Of a DNA stretch of 64,000 nucleotides, positions 1 to 7,884 are shown piece after piece. The notes beneath the pieces were generated by a model. That model made no database searches and was not told where the DNA came from. It saw nothing but the letters and a program-made list of their open reading frames with translations. The stretch covers positions 64,280 through 128,279 of the forward strand of contig CAVUCA010000004.1 of NCBI GenBank assembly GCA_963739865.1, in the 5' to 3' direction. The DNA is from an uncultured Chloroflexia bacterium (GTDB lineage: Bacteria > Chloroflexota > Dehalococcoidia > Dehalococcoidales > UBA2162). How positions within the stretch are numbered: the first letter of the stretch is position 1; the number at the start of each line of letters is the position of its first letter. The translations under genes were made by a program, and so were the position numbers.

Positions 1-404
1 ATGTCGAGCACCCATGTATTCGAATCGGGCGTCGACCATTTCTCAGCTAGACATCCAATAACATCCGCCATACTCGTTGGCCCATTGCCATAATCGACGA
101 GTTTGCTTCCCGCTGGGCCACGGGTGCGGTCGGCTCGGGTAATCCCCTCCCACATGAATGGGGGTCCTCCCGGACGCCCGGCGCCAGGAGCGAATACCTG
201 GAAGTTGGTTCCCGATAGTAGCGTGAGAGTCCCGCCATACTGCGGCTTATCAGAAGGCGGTTTGGTAGTCGTGGTGGTAGTCTGGGTAGGGGGTTTTGAG
301 GTGGTAGAAGCCGGTGCGGTAGTTGGTTCCGGATTGCATGCAAAAAGCAACATCGCGAAGGTTAAAAGTAGACCGATGATTACACACAAGGTTTTCTTTT
401 GCAA
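1..404 (-). CDS. ABC transporter substrate-binding lipoprotein, peptide/nickel family 5 (5' part only; runs off the window)
   Basis: Not in the ORF track. TTG at 404 after AGGAGG reads MQKKTLCVIIGLLLTFAMLLFAC (lipobox), then a Thr/Pro linker, KPQYGGTLT and GCLAEKWSTPD. The frame is open to position 1. Confidence 0.85.
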   Translation of the reverse strand, partial: MQKKTLCVIIGLLLTFAMLLFACNPEPTTAPASTTSKPPTQTTTTTTKPPSDKPQYGGTLTLLSGTNFQVFAPGAGRPGGPPFMWEGITRADRTRGPAGSKLVDYGNGPTSMADVIGCLAEKWSTPDSNTWVLD

Positions 405-756
405 AACACTATCCTCCTATTTACGATTTATAAAGACGATACAAATATGGAGTTTTTGCTCGAAAAAATCTGCACCTCCTGACATGATATTTTTATAATT
501 AAGGTACTGGGGATTTTGAAACAATCCATAAAATAAGCCCGGGTTCATGAAGTGTTTCAAAATAACCTAATCCTCTATAATAAATAAGGACTTAATCAGA
601 ATATGGAAAATAAGCCACCCGGGAGAAAAAAGAGACAATAAGACAAGCAGACAGGTGACATGACCCATTTTCTGAGAGTAAGCCTATTATAGAAGAAATC
701 CAGCGTCCCGTTTTCATTTCGGCAACATCGTCCCCATGTTGCTAAATTAGCCCACA

Positions 757-785
757 GATATATCATTCAGAGCAGCAAATGTCAA
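757..785 (-). promoter_or_regulatory. sigma70-type promoter for the substrate-binding protein gene
   Basis: Minus strand TTGACA-N17-TATATC with an extended -10 TG. Confidence 0.55.
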
Positions 786-966
786 TGGTCACATACGCCT
801 CTAAATATTCTATATTGATCAGTTGAGAAACGTAAAATATGAAAGTTAAGTGTAAAACAAAGCAATTGAATGTGTTTGAATAGGGAACAAAGAGAAAAGA
901 TTAAGTTCTGTAGTTAAGTACCATTGATTAACGGCTGTTAGTAATAAGGCTTGATTCCTGCGGTTC

Positions 967-995
967 TTGCAGGTATTTGGTTTCATGTGTATAAT
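967..995 (+). promoter_or_regulatory. sigma70-type promoter for the zinc-ribbon gene
   Basis: TTGCAG-N17-TATAAT with an extended -10 (TGnTATAAT). Confidence 0.6.
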
Positions 996-1109
996 ATCGT
1001 CTGGTGGTTACAGTTCAGGTGGTCACAAACTTGGTGGAATCAAGCAGATTTCAATTACAAAGTTGGATGACCCCGGCTCAGCCCACTAATGATATGAGGA
1101 GGTCGTCCA

Positions 1110-1409
1110 ATGGCTTATCAGGATAAGTCAATCCAATGTGCCGATTGCGGTATCACCTTCACCTTCAGCGCCCAGGAACAGGAATTTTACGCATCCAAGG
1201 GTTATACTAATGAACCCAAGCGCTGCCCGGCATGCCGCGAGGCTAGAAAAGCAGCCCGCGGGGAAACTTCTTCCGGACCACGGCAGAAGCGCCAGTTGTT
1301 CCCGGCTGTTTGTGCCCAGTGTGGTAAAGAAACCGAAGTACCCTTCGAACCACGCCAGGGTAGACCGGTCTATTGCAGCGATTGCTACCGGACCGTAAAA
1401 CCTAACTAG
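1110..1409 (+). CDS. zinc-ribbon / CxxC-x17-CxxC domain protein
   Basis: CADCG..FTF..EQEFY..KGY.NEPKRCPAC followed by CAQCG..VPFEP..GRPVYCSDC; GAGGAGG RBS. Confidence 0.9.
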   Translation: MAYQDKSIQCADCGITFTFSAQEQEFYASKGYTNEPKRCPACREARKAARGETSSGPRQKRQLFPAVCAQCGKETEVPFEPRQGRPVYCSDCYRTVKPN

Positions 1410-1426
1410 ATAAATAAACTGAAAAT

Positions 1427-1462
1427 AAAAAGAGCAGGCCTGACATCAGGCCTGCTCTTTTT
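1427..1462. terminator. bidirectional intrinsic terminator
   Basis: AAAAAGAGCAGGCCTGA-CA-TCAGGCCTGCTCTTTTT between convergent genes. Confidence 0.9.
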
Positions 1463-1478
1463 GTATTGTCCTGGAAAA

Positions 1479-2213
1479 TTACTTTTCCGGTTTATTGTTG
1501 ATAACCCGCCGCATCAATTCGTCGAAAGCAGTGAACCATTTCAGCTTGACATCATCGGACCAATCAGGATCAAAAGTCGGGAATTTAGTCAACAACATTT
1601 TATCCCAGGAACTGATAGCAGTATTATCTTCCGTATTGTTTTGAATAGTAAAGTTACGTCCCATTCTAACATTCGTACTTTTGGTAATGACTTTAGTTCC
1701 ACCGGATGTTTTTTTAGTAATCAGTTTGGAACTTGTTGCCGAATAACCGGAACGGAATCTTCTGGTAATGAAGGGCGATAAAGAAATACCGGCATTATTA
1801 CTTAGTTCGATAAAAAATTTTAGACATTTGCGGCTTAACTGGCCGGTAAGCTGGTATTTTTCACTGAATATCTCTTCAAGTTGAGAATAGGTAGCATTCT
1901 GCGGGTCAAGTTCACCTTCCAGAACAAAATCGAAGCTGGTTAAAGCGATTTCACGAAGGATATTGTTCCGTTGTTCTCCCCGGGAAGAAACAAGCGGCTT
2001 CAAACGGTCGGTCGGCCTTCCATTTTCATCGATCAGGTCAAGGAAACGTAGAGCGGCCATCAACTGGGTGCCGGTACTACCGGATAACATATCACCCCAA
2101 TACGAGCGGTCAATACGGGCCGGCATACGCTGCTGCAACCCTTCAAGGAAGTTATGAAACGTACGATATGAGATGTAGGGTGGCAACCGTTTTCGCCCAT
2201 GTTCCGCTACCAT
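1479..2213 (-). CDS. DUF5343-like protein of unknown function
   Basis: PPYISYRTF...MPARIDRS...ALRFLDLIDENGRPTD resembles DUF5343; C-terminal FPTFDPDW motif. Confidence 0.65.
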   Translation of the reverse strand: MVAEHGRKRLPPYISYRTFHNFLEGLQQRMPARIDRSYWGDMLSGSTGTQLMAALRFLDLIDENGRPTDRLKPLVSSRGEQRNNILREIALTSFDFVLEGELDPQNATYSQLEEIFSEKYQLTGQLSRKCLKFFIELSNNAGISLSPFITRRFRSGYSATSSKLITKKTSGGTKVITKSTNVRMGRNFTIQNNTEDNTAISSWDKMLLTKFPTFDPDWSDDVKLKWFTAFDELMRRVINNKPEK

Positions 2214-2422
2214 ATCCCGCCCCTTAGTGGAGTTTTGGTAATTATAGGGTAATGAGTCCTTTTATACAATAGGTAATGAGGACAAATTTTAGTAATGAAG
2301 AAGAAATGGTATGGAATTTATTTTATATGACGCGGAACTGTAAAGGACAGTTTTTGGCGGGTACTTTTTGTAACGAGTACGATATTGACATATTTAATTT
2401 TTCAAAAGGAGGAACGTCAATC

Positions 2423-2635
2423 ATGGGGCAATCAATCGAGTACCAAAAATTAATGACAGAGATGGTGTATGTGAACCTGCCAGGACCAGAGGAGGCTGCT
2501 CCCGGGATGACCGGTGGTGAGTTGCTGCACGGTTTTCTGGCCGAACTTTACAAAACTTCAAATCCAGATGTAAAGAACTACGTTAATCTACTCTGCAGCA
2601 AATGGAACGTTCGCTATCGAGAGATGAGAGGATAA
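2423..2635 (+). CDS. small hypothetical protein (70 aa), first gene of the ftsA-ftsZ operon
   Basis: Strong AAAGGAGG RBS before ATG 2423, in frame with track ORF 2276..2635; MGQSIEYQKLMTE...GMTGGELLHGFLAEL. Confidence 0.75.
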   Translation: MGQSIEYQKLMTEMVYVNLPGPEEAAPGMTGGELLHGFLAELYKTSNPDVKNYVNLLCSKWNVRYREMRG

Positions 2636-2675
2636 GCGACAGTTCAACCACTATCATCGAAAGGAAGGAGGAAAA

Positions 2676-3881
2676 ATGAAGAGATCCAAGGTTGCTGCCA
2701 TAGATGTCGGCACAACTAAAGTATGTACTATAATAGGTGACCTCGATACCGAAGGTTCACTGCGTATCCTCGGCGTCGGCGTCGGTCCCTCTCAGGGCCT
2801 TCAGAAAGGCCTGGTCGTAAATGTAAGCGAAGCCAAAGAAGCGATCCGGGCATCGATCAAGAAAGCAGAGAGTACTGCCGGTGTTAAACTGGAATCAGCT
2901 TATATCGGTGTTACCGGACGCCATATCAGTTCAGTAAACAATCATGGTGTAATTGCCATCACCCGGGGCGATCAGCTAGTCAAACCTGCTGATCTGAAGA
3001 GGGTACTGCAGGTAGCCCGAACGGTTAAAGTTCCCTCAGACCATAAAGTATTACATATTATTCCGCGCCAGTATGTGGTTGACGGACAAGAAGGCGTAAA
3101 GAATCCAGTCGGTATGCATGGTTTCCGTCTTGATGTGGAAGCTCATATCATTACCGCGGCGATCACTTCAGTACAAAACCTGACCAAATGCATCCGCGGC
3201 CTGGGCATCGAAATCGATGACCTGGTCATGGAACCGCTGGCCAGTGCCGAAGCTGTTCTGAGTGAAGAAGAGAGAATGGATGGCGTCATGATCGCCGATA
3301 TCGGTGGCGGAACTACGGATATTGCGGTACTCAAAGATGATACCATCTGCCATACCTCAGTATTACCGGTAGCCGGTCATCTGATCACCCGTGATATCTC
3401 AGTCGGCTTGGGGTTGTCCCCGGAATTAGCCGAATCGATGAAAAAGAAATACGGCAATGTCAGCTTGAATATGGATGTTGCCGTGGATGCCGAGAAAACC
3501 CTAACTGAAGACGGGCATGCCGTCTCATATAAGGACCTATCTGAAATCATCCGCATTAGAGTTGAAGAACTGGTACGACTGATCATGATGGAATTGCCGA
3601 GAACCGATTATGCAAAATTCATTCCGGCAGGCCTGGTTCTTACCGGTGGTTCATCGAATTTACCCGGTATTGCTGAAGTAGCCCAGGAAATCGCTCATGT
3701 GCCCGTCAGGGTCGGTGAGCCGGTCAGCCTGTTCGGCGTATCCGATGAGTTGCGTGATCCAGCCTATGCCACCGCCGTCGGACTTCTTCTATGGAAGATG
3801 CGGAACCAGGGAGTGAATACCTGGGTACCGCAGAGCGGAATAAAGCATACTTTATCGCAGATGTTCCGCATCTTCAAATAA
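2676..3881 (+). CDS. ftsA: cell division protein FtsA
   Basis: IDVGTTKV, DIGGGTT and VLTGGSS actin-like motifs, YATAVGLL, and a C-terminal amphipathic helix; directly upstream of ftsZ. Confidence 0.96.
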   Translation: MKRSKVAAIDVGTTKVCTIIGDLDTEGSLRILGVGVGPSQGLQKGLVVNVSEAKEAIRASIKKAESTAGVKLESAYIGVTGRHISSVNNHGVIAITRGDQLVKPADLKRVLQVARTVKVPSDHKVLHIIPRQYVVDGQEGVKNPVGMHGFRLDVEAHIITAAITSVQNLTKCIRGLGIEIDDLVMEPLASAEAVLSEEERMDGVMIADIGGGTTDIAVLKDDTICHTSVLPVAGHLITRDISVGLGLSPELAESMKKKYGNVSLNMDVAVDAEKTLTEDGHAVSYKDLSEIIRIRVEELVRLIMMELPRTDYAKFIPAGLVLTGGSSNLPGIAEVAQEIAHVPVRVGEPVSLFGVSDELRDPAYATAVGLLLWKMRNQGVNTWVPQSGIKHTLSQMFRIFK

Positions 3882-3907
3882 AAAGAGAATAATTAAGGAG
3901 GAATGAA

Positions 3908-5010
3908 ATGGCTAAAACAAGTTACGTCCCCAGTGGGGCAAAGATAAAAGTCTGCGGCCTTGGTGGCGCTGGTTGTAATGCAATCACCAGAATGGTTCGT
4001 GAGCAAATCCGTGGCGTAGAATTCATCGCCATGAATACCGATGCGCAGGCTCTGGCAATTACAGAAGCAGCAATCAGAATTCAACTTGGTGAGAGAATCA
4101 CCAGAGGCCTTGGCGCCGGCGGCGACCGCACCATGGGCCGTAAGGCAGCAGAGGAGAGCCGCGATGAAATCAAACAGGTAATGGCTGGATCCGACATGAC
4201 CTTCATCACCGCTGGTATGGGCGGCGGTACCGGTACCGGTTCTGCACCGATGGTAGCCGAAGTTTCGAAACAGACCGGCGCCTTAACCATCGCTATCGTA
4301 ACCAAACCCTTCGGGTTTGAAGGTAATTACAGATCACGGACAGCAGAAGAAGGCATCCAGGAATTGATGGATAAAGTCGATACCCTGGTTATTATCCCCA
4401 ACGATCGATTGCTCAATCTTTGCGATCAGAAGACCGGTGTTGACGGCGCCTTCAAGATGGCTGATGAAGTTCTGTACCATGGTGTCCAGGCAATCGCTGA
4501 AGTAGTAACGGTTCCCGGCCTTATCAACCTTGACTTTGCCGATATCAGAGCGATCATGAAAGATGCCGGCCCGGCTTGGATGTCGATCGGTCGTGGTTCA
4601 GGTCAGAACCGTGCGGTCGATGCAGCCAAGACAGCGCTTGCCAGCCCATTACTGGATGTATCAATGGACGGCGCCAAGGGCGTTCTGTTCAATATCGCCG
4701 GTGGTCCAGGCCTTAGCCTGTTCGAAGTCAATGCGGCTGCTGAAATTGTCCGCCAGGCAGTCGACCCTGAAGCAAATGTTATCTTCGGTGTCGTTCTCGA
4801 TCCCGAATATGGGTAATGAAGTTCGCTTAACACTTATTGCGACTGGTTTTACCACGAGAGAAGCATTTCGCCGGAAGTTCCAGAGAAAAGGAAATCGTTA
4901 AGAATCTTAAAATCTTAAAGACTGAAGAAGAATTCGAAGTTCCTTCCTTCCTGAGACAACGGCAGAGCTATACCTCCCGGCCGCGTACCGGGACATACAC
5001 CACTCGCTAA
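3908..5010 (+). CDS. ftsZ: cell division protein FtsZ, with two apparent +1 frameshifts near 4802 and 4867
   Basis: GLGGAGCNA, GGGTGTG tubulin signature and INLDFAD. After correcting two insertions the frame continues NMGNEVRLTLIATGF...EEEFEVPSFLR to TAA at 5010. Confidence 0.93.
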
Positions 5011-5025
5011 TTGCCCCGTGAGTGG

Positions 5026-5069
5026 AGGGAGCGGCGGGGGTCAGCCCCGCCGCTCCCTGGTTTCCTTTT
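5026..5069 (+). terminator. intrinsic terminator after ftsZ
   Basis: AGGGAGCGGCGGGG / CCCCGCCGCTCCCT 14-bp stem followed by a T-rich tail. Confidence 0.8.
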
Positions 5070-5094
5070 ATATACTAGACCGGGGAGGGCGTGC

Positions 5095-5442
5095 ATGTTT
5101 ACCTCCGATATTGAAATAGAAGAACAACTGGGAAAATATACAGAGAACTATAATGATGACCGCTGCAGCTTGTTGGAATTGATAAGGTTTCTTGGAAAAC
5201 ATCCGTATACACGGTTTAGCCGCGCGGCAATCGTCCTTGCTTTCAGACACCAGAGTGTCTTCGTTGAGCGAGGTTTAAAATATCTGGTCTCAAATGGTAT
5301 TGTTACCCTGGAAACAGAAAACAAGATCAACCTGTATTCATTAACTTCATGTGAAGAGATAAGAAATTGGGCATTACAGCTTGTAAAATTAGACTGGATT
5401 CAGTGGCAAACGATCTTACGAAAAGCTATTTTACAAGAATAA
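5095..5442 (+). CDS. hypothetical protein, possibly winged helix
   Basis: GGGGAGG RBS before ATG 5095; VERGLKYLVSNGIV..LYSL resembles a recognition helix plus wing. Confidence 0.6.
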   Translation: MFTSDIEIEEQLGKYTENYNDDRCSLLELIRFLGKHPYTRFSRAAIVLAFRHQSVFVERGLKYLVSNGIVTLETENKINLYSLTSCEEIRNWALQLVKLDWIQWQTILRKAILQE

Positions 5443-5483
5443 CATTTTGATATTCTCGGCTTAATATAGGCCAGGGAGAATAA

Positions 5484-5669
5484 ATGGAAGAACTGCAAAG
5501 TGCAATTAAGTATGTTGTAATTATCGTTGCAGCGATCGCAGCAATGATATTAGGCGATTACCTTGGTTATAAATTGGGACGGATGAAAGTGGTATGGATA
5601 GGGATAGGCGTGGCGTTGTTGGCGATCATCGTGTTTGCCGTATACGCAGCAGTAGTATTATTAAGTTAG
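5484..5669 (+). CDS. small membrane protein (2 TM)
   Basis: AGGGAG RBS; two hydrophobic segments. Confidence 0.65.
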   Translation: MEELQSAIKYVVIIVAAIAAMILGDYLGYKLGRMKVVWIGIGVALLAIIVFAVYAAVVLLS

Positions 5670-5740
5670 TAATCAAGAAAGAAACGAAAAAGCTAGACAA
5701 TTTAGCAGTAACCAACTGGCAAAAGCCGGTGTTGATATAA

Positions 5741-5775
5741 CGAAGAGTCTCCTTATGGAGACTTTTCGTGTTTTT
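5741..5775 (+). terminator. intrinsic terminator
   Basis: CGAAGAGTCTCC-TTAT-GGAGACTTTTCG followed by TGTTTTT. Confidence 0.75.
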
Positions 5776-5814
5776 GGGAACGTACTAATATCTTCCTACA
5801 ATTTGAAAGTAGTC

Positions 5815-5846
5815 TACAACAATATTTATCGATAAATATTGTTGTA
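5815..5846. repeat. perfect 32-bp palindrome with no loop
   Basis: TACAACAATATTTATC|GATAAATATTGTTGTA; the half-site CTACAACAATA recurs at 5880-5890. Confidence 0.9.
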
Positions 5847-5973
5847 ATGGAAATAACTAAACAGAGTAGTAGAAGGAGACTACAACAATAAACTTGCAAT
5901 TACAAAATAAACGGAATAGATATTAGAAAATATTCATATCCTAAAAAAGTTAAAAACCGATCAAAGACAAGTA

Positions 5974-6000
5974 GTGGTAACCGAAATATCCGGTTACCAC
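5974..6000 (-). terminator. hairpin downstream of pilT
   Basis: GTGGTAACCG-N7-CGGTTACCAC. Confidence 0.65.
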
Positions 6001-6032
6001 CTATGAAGATAAAACGTTTGAATATACCCAGC

Positions 6033-7097
6033 CTATGATTTATGGCTAAGTAGCTTTTCGACTTCTTCAGAATCAGCGCAGTAAGAATAGAGAGTTTTTG
6101 CATCGATTATGCGCTTGGTATAGAGATTTACCAGAGATTCGTCCAGCGTAATCATACCGATGCTACGGTAGCTGCGCATCGTATTATATAACTGGTATAT
6201 TTTCCCATCACGGATAAGACTGCGTACTGCAGTATTACCAAGCATGATTTCAACAGCAGCTATCCGCCCGGAACCATCTGCCCGGGGAACCAGTGTTTGT
6301 GAAATGACGGCAATCATGAGAGAGGCTAGCCTGGTTTGAGCTAAAAACCGTTCAGCTGGAGGGAAAAAGTCAATAATCCTTTCAATTGCCTGTGGTGCAT
6401 ATGGGGCATGACTGGTGGTAAGAATAAGATGACCGGTTTCAGCTACCGAAATAGCCGCAGAGGCTGTTTCTGAATCACGCATTTCACCAACCAGAATGAC
6501 GTCAGGATCATGTCTTAACACATGTTTTAGTGCTTGAGGGAAAGAGAGCGTGTCATGACCAAGTTCACGCTGAGTAATAACCGAGTCGATGTTAGGTTGG
6601 AAATATTCAATAGGGTCTTCGATCGAGAAAATATGCCGGGTGGCGACTTTATTAAGATGATGGATCATGGCGGCCATGGTCGTTGTTTTACCGCTGCCGG
6701 TTGGGCCTGAAATAATAATGAGCCCGCGCAATTTCATGACAAGGTCCTTCATGATTTGAGGGAGTTCGAGTTCATCGATGGAAGGAATACGTGGCGGTAG
6801 AATACGAATAGCCAGACTGAGAACCCCTCTTTGTTGTGCAGCACTACATCTTAGACGAGTCCCGTCAGGCAAAGTATAACCGAAGTCCAATTCAAGTTCG
6901 CGAAGATATTTTTCGCGTTCTTCAGTAGTAGATATCAATGAAAAAGCCTCAGAAAGGTCGGCTTTGTTTAGCAATGGAAATCCATCGACAGGAACTAATG
7001 TACCATCGATACGAAAAAGCGGCCGGGCATTTGATGAAAGGTGTACATCGGATGCATTTTTAACGATGGCTTCGTCCAAGAGTTTAAAAATATTCAT
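6033..7097 (-). CDS. pilT: PilT/PilU family type IV pilus ATPase
   Basis: ASDVHL, Walker A GPTGSGKTTT, IEDPIE, DPDVILVGEMRD, AETGHL and an AIRNLIRE-like AVRSLIRD. Confidence 0.9.
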   Translation of the reverse strand: MNIFKLLDEAIVKNASDVHLSSNARPLFRIDGTLVPVDGFPLLNKADLSEAFSLISTTEEREKYLRELELDFGYTLPDGTRLRCSAAQQRGVLSLAIRILPPRIPSIDELELPQIMKDLVMKLRGLIIISGPTGSGKTTTMAAMIHHLNKVATRHIFSIEDPIEYFQPNIDSVITQRELGHDTLSFPQALKHVLRHDPDVILVGEMRDSETASAAISVAETGHLILTTSHAPYAPQAIERIIDFFPPAERFLAQTRLASLMIAVISQTLVPRADGSGRIAAVEIMLGNTAVRSLIRDGKIYQLYNTMRSYRSIGMITLDESLVNLYTKRIIDAKTLYSYCADSEEVEKLLSHKS

Positions 7098-7337
7098 CTG
7101 ACATCCTCACTACAACGACATAAATATTAAATATTACGCTCGACCAATTATGAAATATTTGAAAGTATTATAACATGTATTTACATAAAATATAATAAAC
7201 ATAGTAAAGAATATACAAATAACGCAGAAGAATAACTCATTGACAATTTATAGGAAAGCTTCGATTTTTAACAGTCGTAAGTGACGAAAATAAGGCAGGT
7301 TTGCTAAAATATGATTAATAGGTATTTGGAGGTAGAG

Positions 7338-7586
7338 ATGTCTGAGAGCACCCAAAAGAAAGTGGTGGTATATACAACTAATACTTGACCATGGTGCCAC
7401 CGGGCGAAAGAGTATCTTTCGCGTAAAGGGATAACCTTCACGGAATACAATGTAACTAATGACCGGGAGAAAGCACGAGAACTGATACAGAAATCAGGAC
7501 AGATGGCGGTTCCGGTAATACTAGTTGATGACAAAGTAGTAGTAGGATTCAATCAACCAAAACTTGATGAATTACTAATGAACTGA
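7338..7586 (+). CDS. selenocysteine-containing glutaredoxin-like protein (NrdH/YruB-like, UxxC)
   Basis: GGAGG RBS; MSESTQKKVVVYTTNT-U(TGA 7386-7388)-PWCHRAKEYLSRKGITFTEYNV...GQMAVPVILVDDKVVVGFNQPKLDELLMN. The TGA occupies the first Cys position of the CxxC motif. Confidence 0.9.
7404..7422 (+). promoter_or_regulatory. candidate bacterial SECIS hairpin
   Basis: GCGAAAGA-GTA-TCTTTCGC stem-loop beginning 16 nt after the in-frame UGA, with a G in the apical loop. Confidence 0.7.
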
Positions 7587-7596
7587 AAGAGGGATA

Positions 7597-7628
7597 CCTG
7601 CGGAGTTGATAAACAACAACTCCGCAGG
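7597..7628. terminator. hairpin terminator between the glutaredoxin and the convergent copA operon
   Basis: CCTGCGGAGTTG-N8-CAACTCCGCAGG. Confidence 0.75.
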
Positions 7629-7709
7629 AAACAGACCTGGTTATACACTCACGAAAAAAGCCGGGATAAATTTAGATAACCGGTAAAAAGTCCAGGTAAA
7701 AACAACCGA

Positions 7710-7859
7710 TTATTTATTGGAAAGAAATTTCTCTGGATCCTTATCGAAAGCACGTTTACACCCCGGAGCACAAAAATAGTATTTATTTCCTTTATATATT
7801 GAAGTCGCCGGGGCATTTTTTTCGTCTACTTGCATCTTGCATACTGGATCAATAGCCAT
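7710..7859 (-). CDS. YHS domain protein (putative copper chaperone)
   Basis: GGAGGAG RBS; MAIDPVCKM...YYFCAPGCKRAFDKDPEKF; downstream of copA. Confidence 0.9.
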   Translation of the reverse strand: MAIDPVCKMQVDEKNAPATSIYKGNKYYFCAPGCKRAFDKDPEKFLSNK

Positions 7860-7884
7860 TTTACTCCTCCAAAATCCAAACTGG

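Noticed and set aside
47-498. Track ORFs 47..343 (-) and 103..498 (+)
   Set aside because: Alternative-frame and antisense shadows of the lipoprotein gene that starts at 404.
949-1045. 10-bp inverted repeat GCTTGATTCC / GGAATCAAGC as an RNA stem
   Set aside because: The left arm lies upstream of the predicted promoter, so it would not be in the transcript; it may be chance.
4563-4901. Separate 112-aa gene overlapping ftsZ, or programmed frameshifting
   Set aside because: Only its last part is meaningful, as the shifted continuation of FtsZ; there is no slippery heptamer and two successive shifts would be needed.
5815-5846. dif site, CRISPR repeat or protelomerase target
   Set aside because: It does not match the 11-6-11 XerC/XerD layout, there is no repeat-spacer array, and no cas or telomere resolvase gene is in the window.
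7386-7388. Glutaredoxin pseudogene, or genome-wide UGA reassignment
   Set aside because: The TGA sits exactly at the catalytic Cys with intact downstream sequence and a hairpin, while other genes (valS, oppD, coaX) end at TGA normally.
7304-7552. Track ORF of 82 aa on the minus strand
   Set aside because: Antisense shadow of the Sec-glutaredoxin; it has no recognisable motif.
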